Below are positions 10,020-21,112 of a stretch of 64,000 nucleotides of DNA, piece after piece. The translations under genes were made by a program, and so were the position numbers. Position 1 is the first letter of the stretch. Each line of letters opens with the position of its first letter. The notes under the pieces were generated by a model. That model made no database searches and was not told where the DNA came from. It worked only from the letters and a program-made list of their open reading frames with translations. The stretch lies in NCBI GenBank assembly GCA_963793865.1, contig CAWCBP010000014.1, positions 256,001 to 320,000 on the forward strand, read 5' to 3'. This stretch comes from an uncultured delta proteobacterium (GTDB taxonomy: Bacteria; Desulfobacterota; WTBG01).

Positions 10020-10050
10020 ATTATATAGCATATTTTAGCAGAGTAGTCAA
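10020..10050 (-). promoter_or_regulatory. Sigma-70 promoter
   Basis: TTGACT, 17-bp spacer ending TGC, then TATATA with an overlapping TATAAT. Confidence 0.7.
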
Positions 10051-10268
10051 TGCCGTCCTTAAAAGTCCGTATAACCGCTGTCAGAAGAGATAATAACAGG
10101 GCGAAGCAATAATAAACAGCGTTTTAAATTATCGCTATGGCAGAGATAGCCATCGCTTCAGCTGTATAACGTACCTGCTATCCAGCCGTCCAGCCTTTCC
10201 GGGTTGCTACGGAGCCGCCAGCATTACAGGAAGTACTGCACAGAGATCACAATAATGAGCGGAAAGCG

Positions 10269-10466
10269 TTACAGATGCGGCCAGTTTTTCAAAACATGCG
10301 ATAGCAAGGTAGGCATCGTAATCGCCAAGGCAATCTTTCCCGCCTTGTCCGCAACGTCATACAGTTTTTTTACATGCGATGCCATTACGTGTGCGCTATT
10401 TCTGGTGACAGTTTGATAAAGATGCAGCCTGAAATTTGCATAAGAATGGGTTAATGATTCATTCAT
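10269..10466 (-). CDS. Small hypothetical protein (65 aa)
   Basis: ATG preceded by AAAGGAG; no recognisable family. Confidence 0.5.
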   Translation of the reverse strand: MNESLTHSYANFRLHLYQTVTRNSAHVMASHVKKLYDVADKAGKIALAITMPTLLSHVLKNWPHL

Positions 10467-10534
10467 AAGAACGCTCCTTTCTGTCTTTACATTCGTCCGG
10501 TGTGCTTGTATGCAACTGGATTTTTGAACTCAGA

Positions 10535-10777
10535 TTAAAAACGGGTTTGAATGTATAGCCCGAGTATCTTCCCGCACTCACTAAATCTTATGTATGATAC
10601 ATAGCTGAGACCGACAAGCAGGACCGTCCACAGGACAACCACTATGTCCTCCGTTTCCGCTGCTGCCTTCATTTTTTGATACAGTGTGGATAGATGTTCC
10701 AGTGCCCTTTCCTTGAGGTGTTCATAGGCAAGATGACTTCTTTCCCACTCCCCATGATGTATTGATATCGTTCTCAT
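10535..10777 (-). CDS. Small single-pass membrane protein (80 aa)
   Basis: AAAGGAG RBS before ATG 10777; one hydrophobic segment IVVVLWTVLLVGLSYVSY. Confidence 0.55.
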   Translation of the reverse strand: MRTISIHHGEWERSHLAYEHLKERALEHLSTLYQKMKAAAETEDIVVVLWTVLLVGLSYVSYIRFSECGKILGLYIQTRF

Positions 10778-11072
10778 GATGGCTTCTCCTTTCAAAACAG
10801 GTTGGAAGTTGTTCTATGGCATTACTTATACCGAATGAACTGCGAAATACAATCGGGGACACCCTGTTTTTTGGCTTCGCAATGCCTGATTCCGAGGGTA
10901 AAAATGCATTAGGCATTTATACGATAGGGAAGCTCTTTTTTTCCTAGTACGGTTTGCGCCGGCAATTAAAAAGTATTAAAAAAACAAGCAATTGAACACA
11001 TTAATTGGATCGGCAACAATAATCAACAGGTACTCCAATTCAACACATAATACGCCGGCGATTACCGGCAAT

Positions 11073-11104
11073 AAAAAGCCTCTCAGGATTCTTCCCGAGA
11101 GGCT
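11073..11104 (-). terminator. Rho-independent terminator
   Basis: AGCCTCTC..GAGAGGCT stem followed by Ts on the minus strand, just downstream of CDS 11131-12297. Confidence 0.75.
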
Positions 11105-11130
11105 CGATTAGTCAGCTGGATGATTCGCTT

Positions 11131-12297
11131 TTAGTAAGTGCACCACGGACTTGTTGGACAGGAGGGACAGGGGCTGTTGAGTGAATTTCTGCCGAAATCA
11201 ACCTTGAACCGCGCGGCATCACTTCCATCAACATTGCTGTTGCATGAAAAATCTCCGTTGCAGGGATCTCCGGCATTGCATGGTCTATCCATGGAACTGC
11301 GGCCAAAATCAACTTTGAAGATTGCTGCATCACTCCCGTCACAGTCAGCATCATTACCCTGAAAGTTACCCTCGCACTCACAGGCATTGCCGCAACTATT
11401 GCCGAGAGGTGGATAGGTGTCTTCCTGGCCAGGGTTAGCCCTATAAGCGCAATTATCAACGTTACCGCACACCGTGTCATTATCATAATCGTTGTCGGGG
11501 TCACTGGGACAAAGGCTAAACGTGTCAAGCAAATCAACCGTTGCCTGCACTATTGCATCCTGCTGAGCCTGCCTGGTTATGCCTGCAGTGTTGTCCCCGG
11601 GCTGGACGGGGTCAGGAGACGTGTCATACCAGCCAAACTGTGTATGATTGCCTCCTTCAATTGCTACAAACTGTGTATAGGGCGGAAGATGCTGCTTTGA
11701 AGGCTCAATATCTTCTTCAAGTGTGCAAATACCGTCGTTTGTCCCATAAATAGATACGGCCTTGATTATTTTGTCATCTAATCTGGCAACCTCCGATGGC
11801 CAGCCCGCCCATAATACCACACCGTCAATAGTATCGGTATGTTCTCTGGCATAGGCGCAGCCTCCGAAAGCTCCCATGGAATGGCCACCTATTGCCCATT
11901 CCAGAAGGCCTGGATGGTCACTGATTACTCGGGTTGCACGCTGAGCGGATGCCCCAATGGCCAGATCGTTTATCATTTTTACAATAAAGGTGGCAAACCC
12001 CTGACGGGCGATTTCATGGGCAAAGGGGGCATAGGAACGGGGATCGACATAGGCGCCGGGATAAATGATAAATCCGATGGTCACCCCGGGTGCAGTCGGT
12101 TCGAAGGCAAAGTAAAAGTTTGATCCCGCCTCCCATTCCGGGACGGTAACCTCGGTCACGGTGACCTCCGCGTCTGACGTTAGGGCGGCGATCGCTTCCG
12201 GCAAGGGCGGAAAACTTGCCGCCATCGCTGATGAACCAATGAAGCAGGGGGCAAATATGCTTATCCATATGGTATAGATTAATTGTTTCGCGCTCAT
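11131..12297 (-). CDS. Secreted alpha/beta hydrolase (Abhydrolase_5-like carboxylesterase) with TSP3-like and dockerin-like Cys-rich C-terminus
   Basis: Signal peptide; FIIYPGAYV oxyanion region; GGHSMG; GTNDG; GGNHTQFGWY; DNDTVCGNVDNC..NPGQED; two DGSDAAxFKVDFGR repeats. Confidence 0.85.
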   Translation of the reverse strand: MSAKQLIYTIWISIFAPCFIGSSAMAASFPPLPEAIAALTSDAEVTVTEVTVPEWEAGSNFYFAFEPTAPGVTIGFIIYPGAYVDPRSYAPFAHEIARQGFATFIVKMINDLAIGASAQRATRVISDHPGLLEWAIGGHSMGAFGGCAYAREHTDTIDGVVLWAGWPSEVARLDDKIIKAVSIYGTNDGICTLEEDIEPSKQHLPPYTQFVAIEGGNHTQFGWYDTSPDPVQPGDNTAGITRQAQQDAIVQATVDLLDTFSLCPSDPDNDYDNDTVCGNVDNCAYRANPGQEDTYPPLGNSCGNACECEGNFQGNDADCDGSDAAIFKVDFGRSSMDRPCNAGDPCNGDFSCNSNVDGSDAARFKVDFGRNSLNSPCPSCPTSPWCTY

Positions 12298-12506
12298 GCT
12301 CTTATCTCCGCTGGCTGTGAGGGTAGGCTATTCTGCAAATGCCCGTCAGTGAAATGCTACATATCAATTAAGTTAACTGCATATTATATATCACATATTA
12401 TTCCCAAAAACAATCCTTTTCAAAAATATCTTCCCATCAGGTCATGACAAGCGATTTGTCAAACTTCCTCAAATTGGATCATAAATCTTTGAAAACCTTT
12501 TAAAAA

Positions 12507-14444
12507 CTAAGGGGCCTGTTTAATCAATTCTGCCAATTTTTCATCGACCTCATATCCAAGCTGCTGTGCCTTCTCTACATGACTTTTTGCCAGGGCATAA
12601 TTCTTTTTCTCATAATGTGCGAGCCCGAGCCTATAGTGCGCTTGTGCAAGTGAGGGGTTGATTTCCAGTGCTTTTTCATATTGTTCCATGGCTTGGTCAT
12701 ACATCCCTTTGACGTAATACGCCAGCCCCAGATTATAACGTGCCTCGGCGAATGAGGGGTTGATTTCCAGTGCTTTTTCGTATTGTTCCACGGCTTGGTC
12801 ATACATCCCTTTGGTATAGTACGCCAGCCCGAGATTGTTGCGCGCCTCTGTAAGGTTTGGGTTGCCGGCTAATGCCTTTTCATATTCTTTGATGGCCTTG
12901 TCATATGCTCCCTTTCTCTTGTAGGCCACACCCAGATTGCTGTGCGCATCGGCGAAGTCCGGATTGATGGCAATCGCCTTTTCATATTCTGCAAGGGCAT
13001 TATCGTGCCAACCCCTGCCGTCATACAGCACCCCCAGGTTATTGTGCGCGCTGGCCACTCTTCCCGGGAAATGCTTAATGACATGCGTCCACAAGGTTTC
13101 TGAATCCCGCCACTTAGCAATCTGCTTTATGGTCAGTTGACCGAGGGTGACACAGATGAGTGCTCCTATCAGCCCTCCTGCGATTATTCCATATTGCCGG
13201 CGAACCAACACAGCCAACAGCCGTGCGATCCCGATTCCCGCCAATAAAAAAATACTGACGCCGGGGAGATAGGTGTATCGATCCGCTGCCGCCTGACTGC
13301 CAACCTGAATGACGCCCACTACCGGCAAGAGCGTAATCAGGTAGTATGCCCAGGCAATTAAAAAAAGATGTCTCCCCCGCCGCCACTGCCATGTGCACCA
13401 GGCGGTAACACTTACAGTCACAATGGCGGAGATACTGTAGTAGGCAAGATCAAAGAAGCCGATGACCTTGGGGAACGGATAGTAAGGAACCAGTTCCCAG
13501 GGCCAGAGCATCTTGGCCAGGTAGAACACGGGAGAATGAAGCGCATGAACGAGCCTGAAATAGAGGGGCAATCTTTCAAGACTTTCGAACGCCCCTCCGG
13601 CATGCTGCGCAAGGACGGTAAGCATAGCCGAGATACTGCTTAACAGGAGAAAGGGAACTTTTTCCAGCAGGACCCGGAGATTCCGGTCAGCGCCTGCAGA
13701 GAGGCTGATGCGCCTGAAGGGATAGATGTCCAGAAGAAGCAGTATCAGGGGAAGGGTCACGGCCATTGGTTTCGCCATCAGCGCGGCGGCCGCGAGAGCC
13801 AAGCCGGCAGCGAACCAGGCTGCCCGCTTCTGCTTGTCGGCGGCTGAGACAAAAAAGCAATAGCAGACAAGCGTCAGAAGAAAGAAAAAGGCGCAGAGCA
13901 CGTCCTTGCGCTCTGCTGCCCATGCTACCGATTCTACATGCACGGGGTGAACGCCGAACAGCAAGGCGGTCACACACCCGGCAAGCAGGGCAAAGGCCGG
14001 CGCGGGAAAAGGTTCAGAGGATGCCGCTTTATTGTTCGCCTGAGCCTTAAGCAGGAGATGTATTGAGAGAAAAAATACGAGCAGGGCATTGAGCCCATGC
14101 AGGAAAATGCTGGTAAGATGATGTCCGGCGGGATCAAGGCCGAAAAGGGCATAATCCACAGCGTGACTGAGCCATGTCAGGGGATGCCAGTTTGTCGCGT
14201 GAAAGGAGGTCAGCATCCAGCGGATCGCCCCCGGGCTTAACGACCGGATATGGATGTTTTCATAGATATAGATACCATCATCCCAATTGACGAAATTGTT
14301 TCTAAGGGCGGGGATATAGAGCAGAACGGCAATCATAAAAACCATAATGCCGCCGGCAATTACCATCCGGCGTAAAGGTCTTCTGGTACGATTCCTGCCC
14401 CTGATTTCTGCAGATCTTTTCTGCCTGAGGGATCTTTTACCCAT
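12507..14444 (-). CDS. TMTC-like GT-C membrane glycosyltransferase with C-terminal TPR repeats
   Basis: FVNWDD, WHPLT, HPVHVESVAWAAERKDVL and ADRYTY motifs; about 10 TM segments; TPRs (AHNNLG..A..YEKA..INP). Confidence 0.85.
   Translation of the reverse strand: MGKRSLRQKRSAEIRGRNRTRRPLRRMVIAGGIMVFMIAVLLYIPALRNNFVNWDDGIYIYENIHIRSLSPGAIRWMLTSFHATNWHPLTWLSHAVDYALFGLDPAGHHLTSIFLHGLNALLVFFLSIHLLLKAQANNKAASSEPFPAPAFALLAGCVTALLFGVHPVHVESVAWAAERKDVLCAFFFLLTLVCYCFFVSAADKQKRAAWFAAGLALAAAALMAKPMAVTLPLILLLLDIYPFRRISLSAGADRNLRVLLEKVPFLLLSSISAMLTVLAQHAGGAFESLERLPLYFRLVHALHSPVFYLAKMLWPWELVPYYPFPKVIGFFDLAYYSISAIVTVSVTAWCTWQWRRGRHLFLIAWAYYLITLLPVVGVIQVGSQAAADRYTYLPGVSIFLLAGIGIARLLAVLVRRQYGIIAGGLIGALICVTLGQLTIKQIAKWRDSETLWTHVIKHFPGRVASAHNNLGVLYDGRGWHDNALAEYEKAIAINPDFADAHSNLGVAYKRKGAYDKAIKEYEKALAGNPNLTEARNNLGLAYYTKGMYDQAVEQYEKALEINPSFAEARYNLGLAYYVKGMYDQAMEQYEKALEINPSLAQAHYRLGLAHYEKKNYALAKSHVEKAQQLGYEVDEKLAELIKQAP
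12651..12838. repeat. 102-bp tandem duplication encoding two near-identical TPR units
   Basis: TGAGGGGTTGATTTCCAGTGCTTTTTC recurs at 12651 and 12753. Confidence 0.85.
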
Positions 14445-14844
14445 AAGAAGGCTGTCTGTAAGCGGAGGGTATCAGGAAAATGCTATCTCTCACGTCGTTG
14501 CGAGCGCAGATATGTTTTTACACGACTGCTTTGCAGCCCTAACGGTAACGTCATTATCATTGGCTATTTGATAGCGTGCGTTGACGATTCTCATATGCTT
14601 TTATACCACGGAACATGCCGCGGTGCAAAGAGTTAGCTGATTGAAAGTATCCCATGCGTTGTCTGGGGTATGTGAGTGCGATTTAGCTTTGTTTCCAGCG
14701 GATAAATGTGTTATGAAACATGCTTGCGTGCAGGTTGAATCGTTAACCGTAACGTGTGGTGCCGGCGCATAGCTGTTAATGATGCTTATGTAGCTGTTGC
14801 AGATTGATGCGTTGCACCGCAATCAGGTTGAAGAAGGAGGAACC

Positions 14845-16677
14845 ATGAGGCCGAACAGTTGTGGAACGGTTGATATTGTAAAGACGGATTATGATCCTAA
14901 TATATCAAAGGTACCTGAATTGATCGGCAAACATCCGGGTGTCATCGCGCCGGTGACACTTGCTAAAGTGAACCCGCTGGAATTTGTCAAGCCGGCAAGC
15001 GCGTCGCGGGTAAGCGGCATGATGGAAGTTGAGGTGGTAATTCGCGAAGGCAATGAAGAGCTGCGGAAGAACCTCAAAAAGGTTGTCCTGACCATAGACG
15101 GCAGGCGGTTTGAATGTGATAAACCTCCCTACCGGGTCGATTTTGACACCTCCCATGCCGGGTACCGGGTCATTAAACTAAAAGCAGAGGCCATCGGCAC
15201 CGAGGATGGTCAGGATGACGCTGTTCTGGCTTCCTTTTACACCAATGTCATTGCTGAGAATGGCCGCTGTGACAAAACAAAGCCGCTGCTTCTTTTTGCC
15301 GGCGTGTTTGAGCCAAAGATAGAAAACCGCAGGGGTACATGGACGCCGGAGATGTACCAGAAGGCCTACACCTTTTCTGAAAAGATGATGGGCCATCTCA
15401 TGCACTATGGATTCGTCCCCGATTTTTTGAAGGAGGTTGACCAGTTTGCCGTGCTGATTGATCCGACCCAGCTTGACAAGGGGTATGATGAATATGCACC
15501 CCGGGAGCTGGTTGATGTGCTGGGCAGGAAGAGCGGGCCCGGATGCGATGGTAAAACCTATACCGATATGATCCAGGGGGCGCACTGGATTGAAAAGTCA
15601 AAGACACGGCTGGGCACCATTCTCCGGGGATATCACATCCCCGAAATGGGTCTGCCCAACGACATGCCGGATATATTCGAAGTGTTTGCGGCACGGGTGA
15701 TCAGCTACTACTGGCAGTTCGACACCCAGGGAGGCATGCGGGCATGGGACCAGACGCAGGGTATCTTTAAAGACATCATGGTGGATCTCAAAAAGAGCGG
15801 CCATGACATCCCCTGGGAGGTGCATTCGCTCATCATCGGGAAAAGGCCGGACCACCTCAAAAACATGATTAAGCGGCAGGTGCTGGAAAATAACATAAGC
15901 TGCGTGGTGCTCTGCGATTTCATAACCGACCTTTCAGACTTTGAGGATACCAAGGGGATCTGGGAAGAGGTGCAGGAGGCAATTGACCTGGTGGAAAAGG
16001 AAACCGGAAAGAAGCTGCCGCTCTCCATTGTCTATACCACGGAAGGGGAGTTGCAGGGGGCGCACCCTGACTTTGCCGAGGCTGCATTGCGGATAACTAA
16101 AAATGAGATTGAACGCATCGGCGCTCCGGAAAAGGCAAGGATAGGGCTCATCCTGGGTGAGCATGGATATCCCCCCGGCAACGGCGATGAAGATGTCATC
16201 GGCATCAACCAGGAGCGGGTCCGTCAGAATATGCGGCGCGTCTATGATAAGGCACTGCCCGGCATAAGAAAGGGTACTACCGAATACCGGCTGAGCATGA
16301 ATGAGTTTAACAACCACCCCGATTCATGGCAGCCGTCATCCATGGAGCGGATGATTGACTACCTGCACCGGGGGTTTGATGCCGTCATCTTCCAGCCCTA
16401 CTACTTTACCTACGAAACCATTGACCTGTTTGAGCATTTGCGGCACTGGGCGTTTGAAGTGGACGGCATCGACTATCATCATGAGTTCCATGGCGGCCAT
16501 GAAATCCTGCATGACTACCGGAGCGATTTTGACTTCAGGGGAACGCGCATTATCATCACCGGCTCGCTCCTGGGGCGGTATGAAAAGGAGGGCAGCCGTC
16601 CTTTGGTTCAGGAGGCTTATAAACTCTTTAAGGGCGGCGTCGCGGACACCATAGCCCGGAAACTGGACTCGCTGTGA
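14845..16677 (+). CDS. Hypothetical protein: N-terminal Ig-like domain plus divergent ferrochelatase/class II chelatase-like region
   Basis: AGGAGG RBS before ATG 14845; V.L.IDG..D.PPY..FDT..LKAEA (bacterial Ig-like); LILGEHGYP and L.RGFDAVIFQPYYFTYETIDLFE resemble HemH motifs. Confidence 0.6.
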   Translation: MRPNSCGTVDIVKTDYDPNISKVPELIGKHPGVIAPVTLAKVNPLEFVKPASASRVSGMMEVEVVIREGNEELRKNLKKVVLTIDGRRFECDKPPYRVDFDTSHAGYRVIKLKAEAIGTEDGQDDAVLASFYTNVIAENGRCDKTKPLLLFAGVFEPKIENRRGTWTPEMYQKAYTFSEKMMGHLMHYGFVPDFLKEVDQFAVLIDPTQLDKGYDEYAPRELVDVLGRKSGPGCDGKTYTDMIQGAHWIEKSKTRLGTILRGYHIPEMGLPNDMPDIFEVFAARVISYYWQFDTQGGMRAWDQTQGIFKDIMVDLKKSGHDIPWEVHSLIIGKRPDHLKNMIKRQVLENNISCVVLCDFITDLSDFEDTKGIWEEVQEAIDLVEKETGKKLPLSIVYTTEGELQGAHPDFAEAALRITKNEIERIGAPEKARIGLILGEHGYPPGNGDEDVIGINQERVRQNMRRVYDKALPGIRKGTTEYRLSMNEFNNHPDSWQPSSMERMIDYLHRGFDAVIFQPYYFTYETIDLFEHLRHWAFEVDGIDYHHEFHGGHEILHDYRSDFDFRGTRIIITGSLLGRYEKEGSRPLVQEAYKLFKGGVADTIARKLDSL

Positions 16678-16725
16678 GGGTTATGTGGGGACGCGTATCG
16701 CTGCCGGATTAAAACGCGAGTGACA

Positions 16726-17046
16726 ATGAAGACCACCGCCAATGACCTCCGACAGTTCCGTGAAGTGATTCAAATGTTCATTGAAGGGAAAATGAATTGC
16801 TATGCCACCATCATGGTGAAAGCCGATTGCGGTATGGAAGAAGTCCATATTGAAGAAACCAAATACCGGGCAAGCCTGTTCATGATACACCGCATGCTGA
16901 AAACCATGGATCATGAAGAAATAGCAGCAGCATTGGGAATTTCATGTCCCCTGTTGAACGAGTGGGAAAACGAGAAATGGTTCAGGACGCTGGTGTATTC
17001 CAACTACAAGGAATTCCTGATGCACCTGGGGGAATTGTATACCTAG
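16726..17046 (+). CDS. Small hypothetical protein with C-terminal HTH-like segment
   Basis: HEEIAAALGISCPLLNEW resembles a helix-turn-helix. Confidence 0.5.
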   Translation: MKTTANDLRQFREVIQMFIEGKMNCYATIMVKADCGMEEVHIEETKYRASLFMIHRMLKTMDHEEIAAALGISCPLLNEWENEKWFRTLVYSNYKEFLMHLGELYT

Positions 17047-17229
17047 TGTCGCGTCCCAGATGTTCATTACATAAGTGGTCACGATATACACCGTCGTTGC
17101 GAGCGAAGCGAAGCAATCTCATGCTGTGTAACATGCTGCTTTTATTGGAAGAGATTGCTTCGTCGTCCGCCCCCGCGGGACTCCTCGCAACGACTTTTTA
17201 TGATAAGTTATTTCCGGGACACTACACTG
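17044..17229. mobile_element. MITE-like element with imperfect terminal IRs enclosing a palindromic REP-like element (17093-17194)
   Basis: Outer TAGTGTCGCGTCCCAGA vs reverse complement CAGTGTAGTGTCCCGGA; inner perfect IRs GTCGTTGCGAG/CTCGCAACGAC and CGAAGCAATCTC/GAGATTGCTTCG. Confidence 0.65.
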
Positions 17230-17322
17230 CCGGAGGGTTTTTCACTGCCGTCCCGGAGCAGAGCGTGCATTTCTCCCATTTACGGTTCGGGCGGCCGAAA
17301 CTTTTGTGAGCAGGAGGTGGGG

Positions 17323-18210
17323 GTGAAGATACTGGTTGCCGGATGCAACGGACACGTTGGCAGGGAAATTATAAGAAAGGCTGTTGAGCGGAAGATGCAG
17401 GTGCGGTGTTTTGACCTGGCACCGCCGATGATTGACGGTGTTGATACCGCCCTGCTGGAGGTGGTAACCGGGGATATAACCGATCTTGACACGGTGAAGA
17501 GGGCTACCCGGGATATTGCTGCGGTGATTGATGTCATCGGGATGAGGGGGGAGACCAAAACGCTGACGCATGAGATGGTTGAGCACGGCGGCATGAAGAA
17601 TCTCGTTCAGGCGGGCCGGGAGAATCACCTGCAGCATATTCTCTATACCAGCGTCATGGGGGTTGAACCGGATTCGCCGGCACGCACGCTTGCCGCGAAA
17701 TGGAATACCGAGCAGACCCTGATCCATTCAGGCATCCCCTACACCATATTCAGGCCGTCGGGATATTTCGTTGACTTTGCTGAATACTTTGCCCCGAAAA
17801 TAAGGGACACCGGCAGCTTTACCGTTGTCGGAAACGGCCTTACCCGCATCCAGCCCCTTGACCCTGCGGATGTGGCGGAGGCGTTTCTCCAGTCACTCGG
17901 CAATGAGAAGGCGATGAACAGAATTTTTAAGATAGCCGGTCCGGAAGTGTTTACCCTTGAGGAAGTGATCAGCCTGGTGAGCCGGATGGTGGGCAGACAG
18001 GTAAAAATAAAAAAAATACCCTTCCCGGTCATGAACGCCCTTTTTTCAATTATCGCGCTTCTCACCGGCAGGCGGGGCGGTAAAGACTTTCTCTACCGCA
18101 TGTCCAGGGACAGCGTATGCAGCGATCAGGACATGCAGGAAGTGCGCGGGGCGTTTGCCATAGAGTTCAAGCGGCTGGAGCCGTGGCTGAGGGAGCAATT
18201 GAGCCGCTAG
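17323..18210 (+). CDS. Atypical SDR / NAD(P)H-binding protein (NmrA/NDUFA9-like)
   Basis: AGGAGG then GTG; KILVAGCNGHVG Rossmann motif; GDITD; SGIPYTIFRPS. Confidence 0.85.
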   Translation: MKILVAGCNGHVGREIIRKAVERKMQVRCFDLAPPMIDGVDTALLEVVTGDITDLDTVKRATRDIAAVIDVIGMRGETKTLTHEMVEHGGMKNLVQAGRENHLQHILYTSVMGVEPDSPARTLAAKWNTEQTLIHSGIPYTIFRPSGYFVDFAEYFAPKIRDTGSFTVVGNGLTRIQPLDPADVAEAFLQSLGNEKAMNRIFKIAGPEVFTLEEVISLVSRMVGRQVKIKKIPFPVMNALFSIIALLTGRRGGKDFLYRMSRDSVCSDQDMQEVRGAFAIEFKRLEPWLREQLSR

Positions 18211-18243
18211 CGCCTCACGCAAAAACCATACAACGGTGTTTCC

Positions 18244-20872
<2,629 letters not shown>

Positions 20873-20973
20873 AAGTTGCGAGGCCGTCGAAGGATGCGAA
20901 TATGGAATAATGTAACGTGAGGGTGGGTCATTGTCGGTAGAGGACAGATCATGTATTTTTATATTTTTGATGC

Positions 20974-21001
20974 TTGCAAAAATATTTATAAACGGTACAA
21001 T
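20974..21001 (+). promoter_or_regulatory. Candidate sigma-70 promoter for RND operon
   Basis: TTGCAA-16 bp-TACAAT in an AT-rich intergenic region. Confidence 0.4.
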
Positions 21002-21112
21002 CCTCATTTTGTCACTTATGTAAGGCCGGTGTATTCAATGCATGCATCAAGGTTTTCGGTCTCCGGAATTCGCGGCATAGCTGAATAATCTTCCATAACT
21101 CATAATAAGCCT

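Noticed and set aside
10870..10896. Sigma-54 promoter upstream of the small ORFs
   Set aside because: The GG-to-GC spacing is 9 or 11 rather than the required 10 on either strand.
17155..17322. N-terminal extensions in the ORF track (17155 SDR; also 14797, 28870, 30944, 32435, 46940)
   Set aside because: The extensions run through repeats or neighbouring genes; downstream starts have better RBSs or match the family N-terminus.
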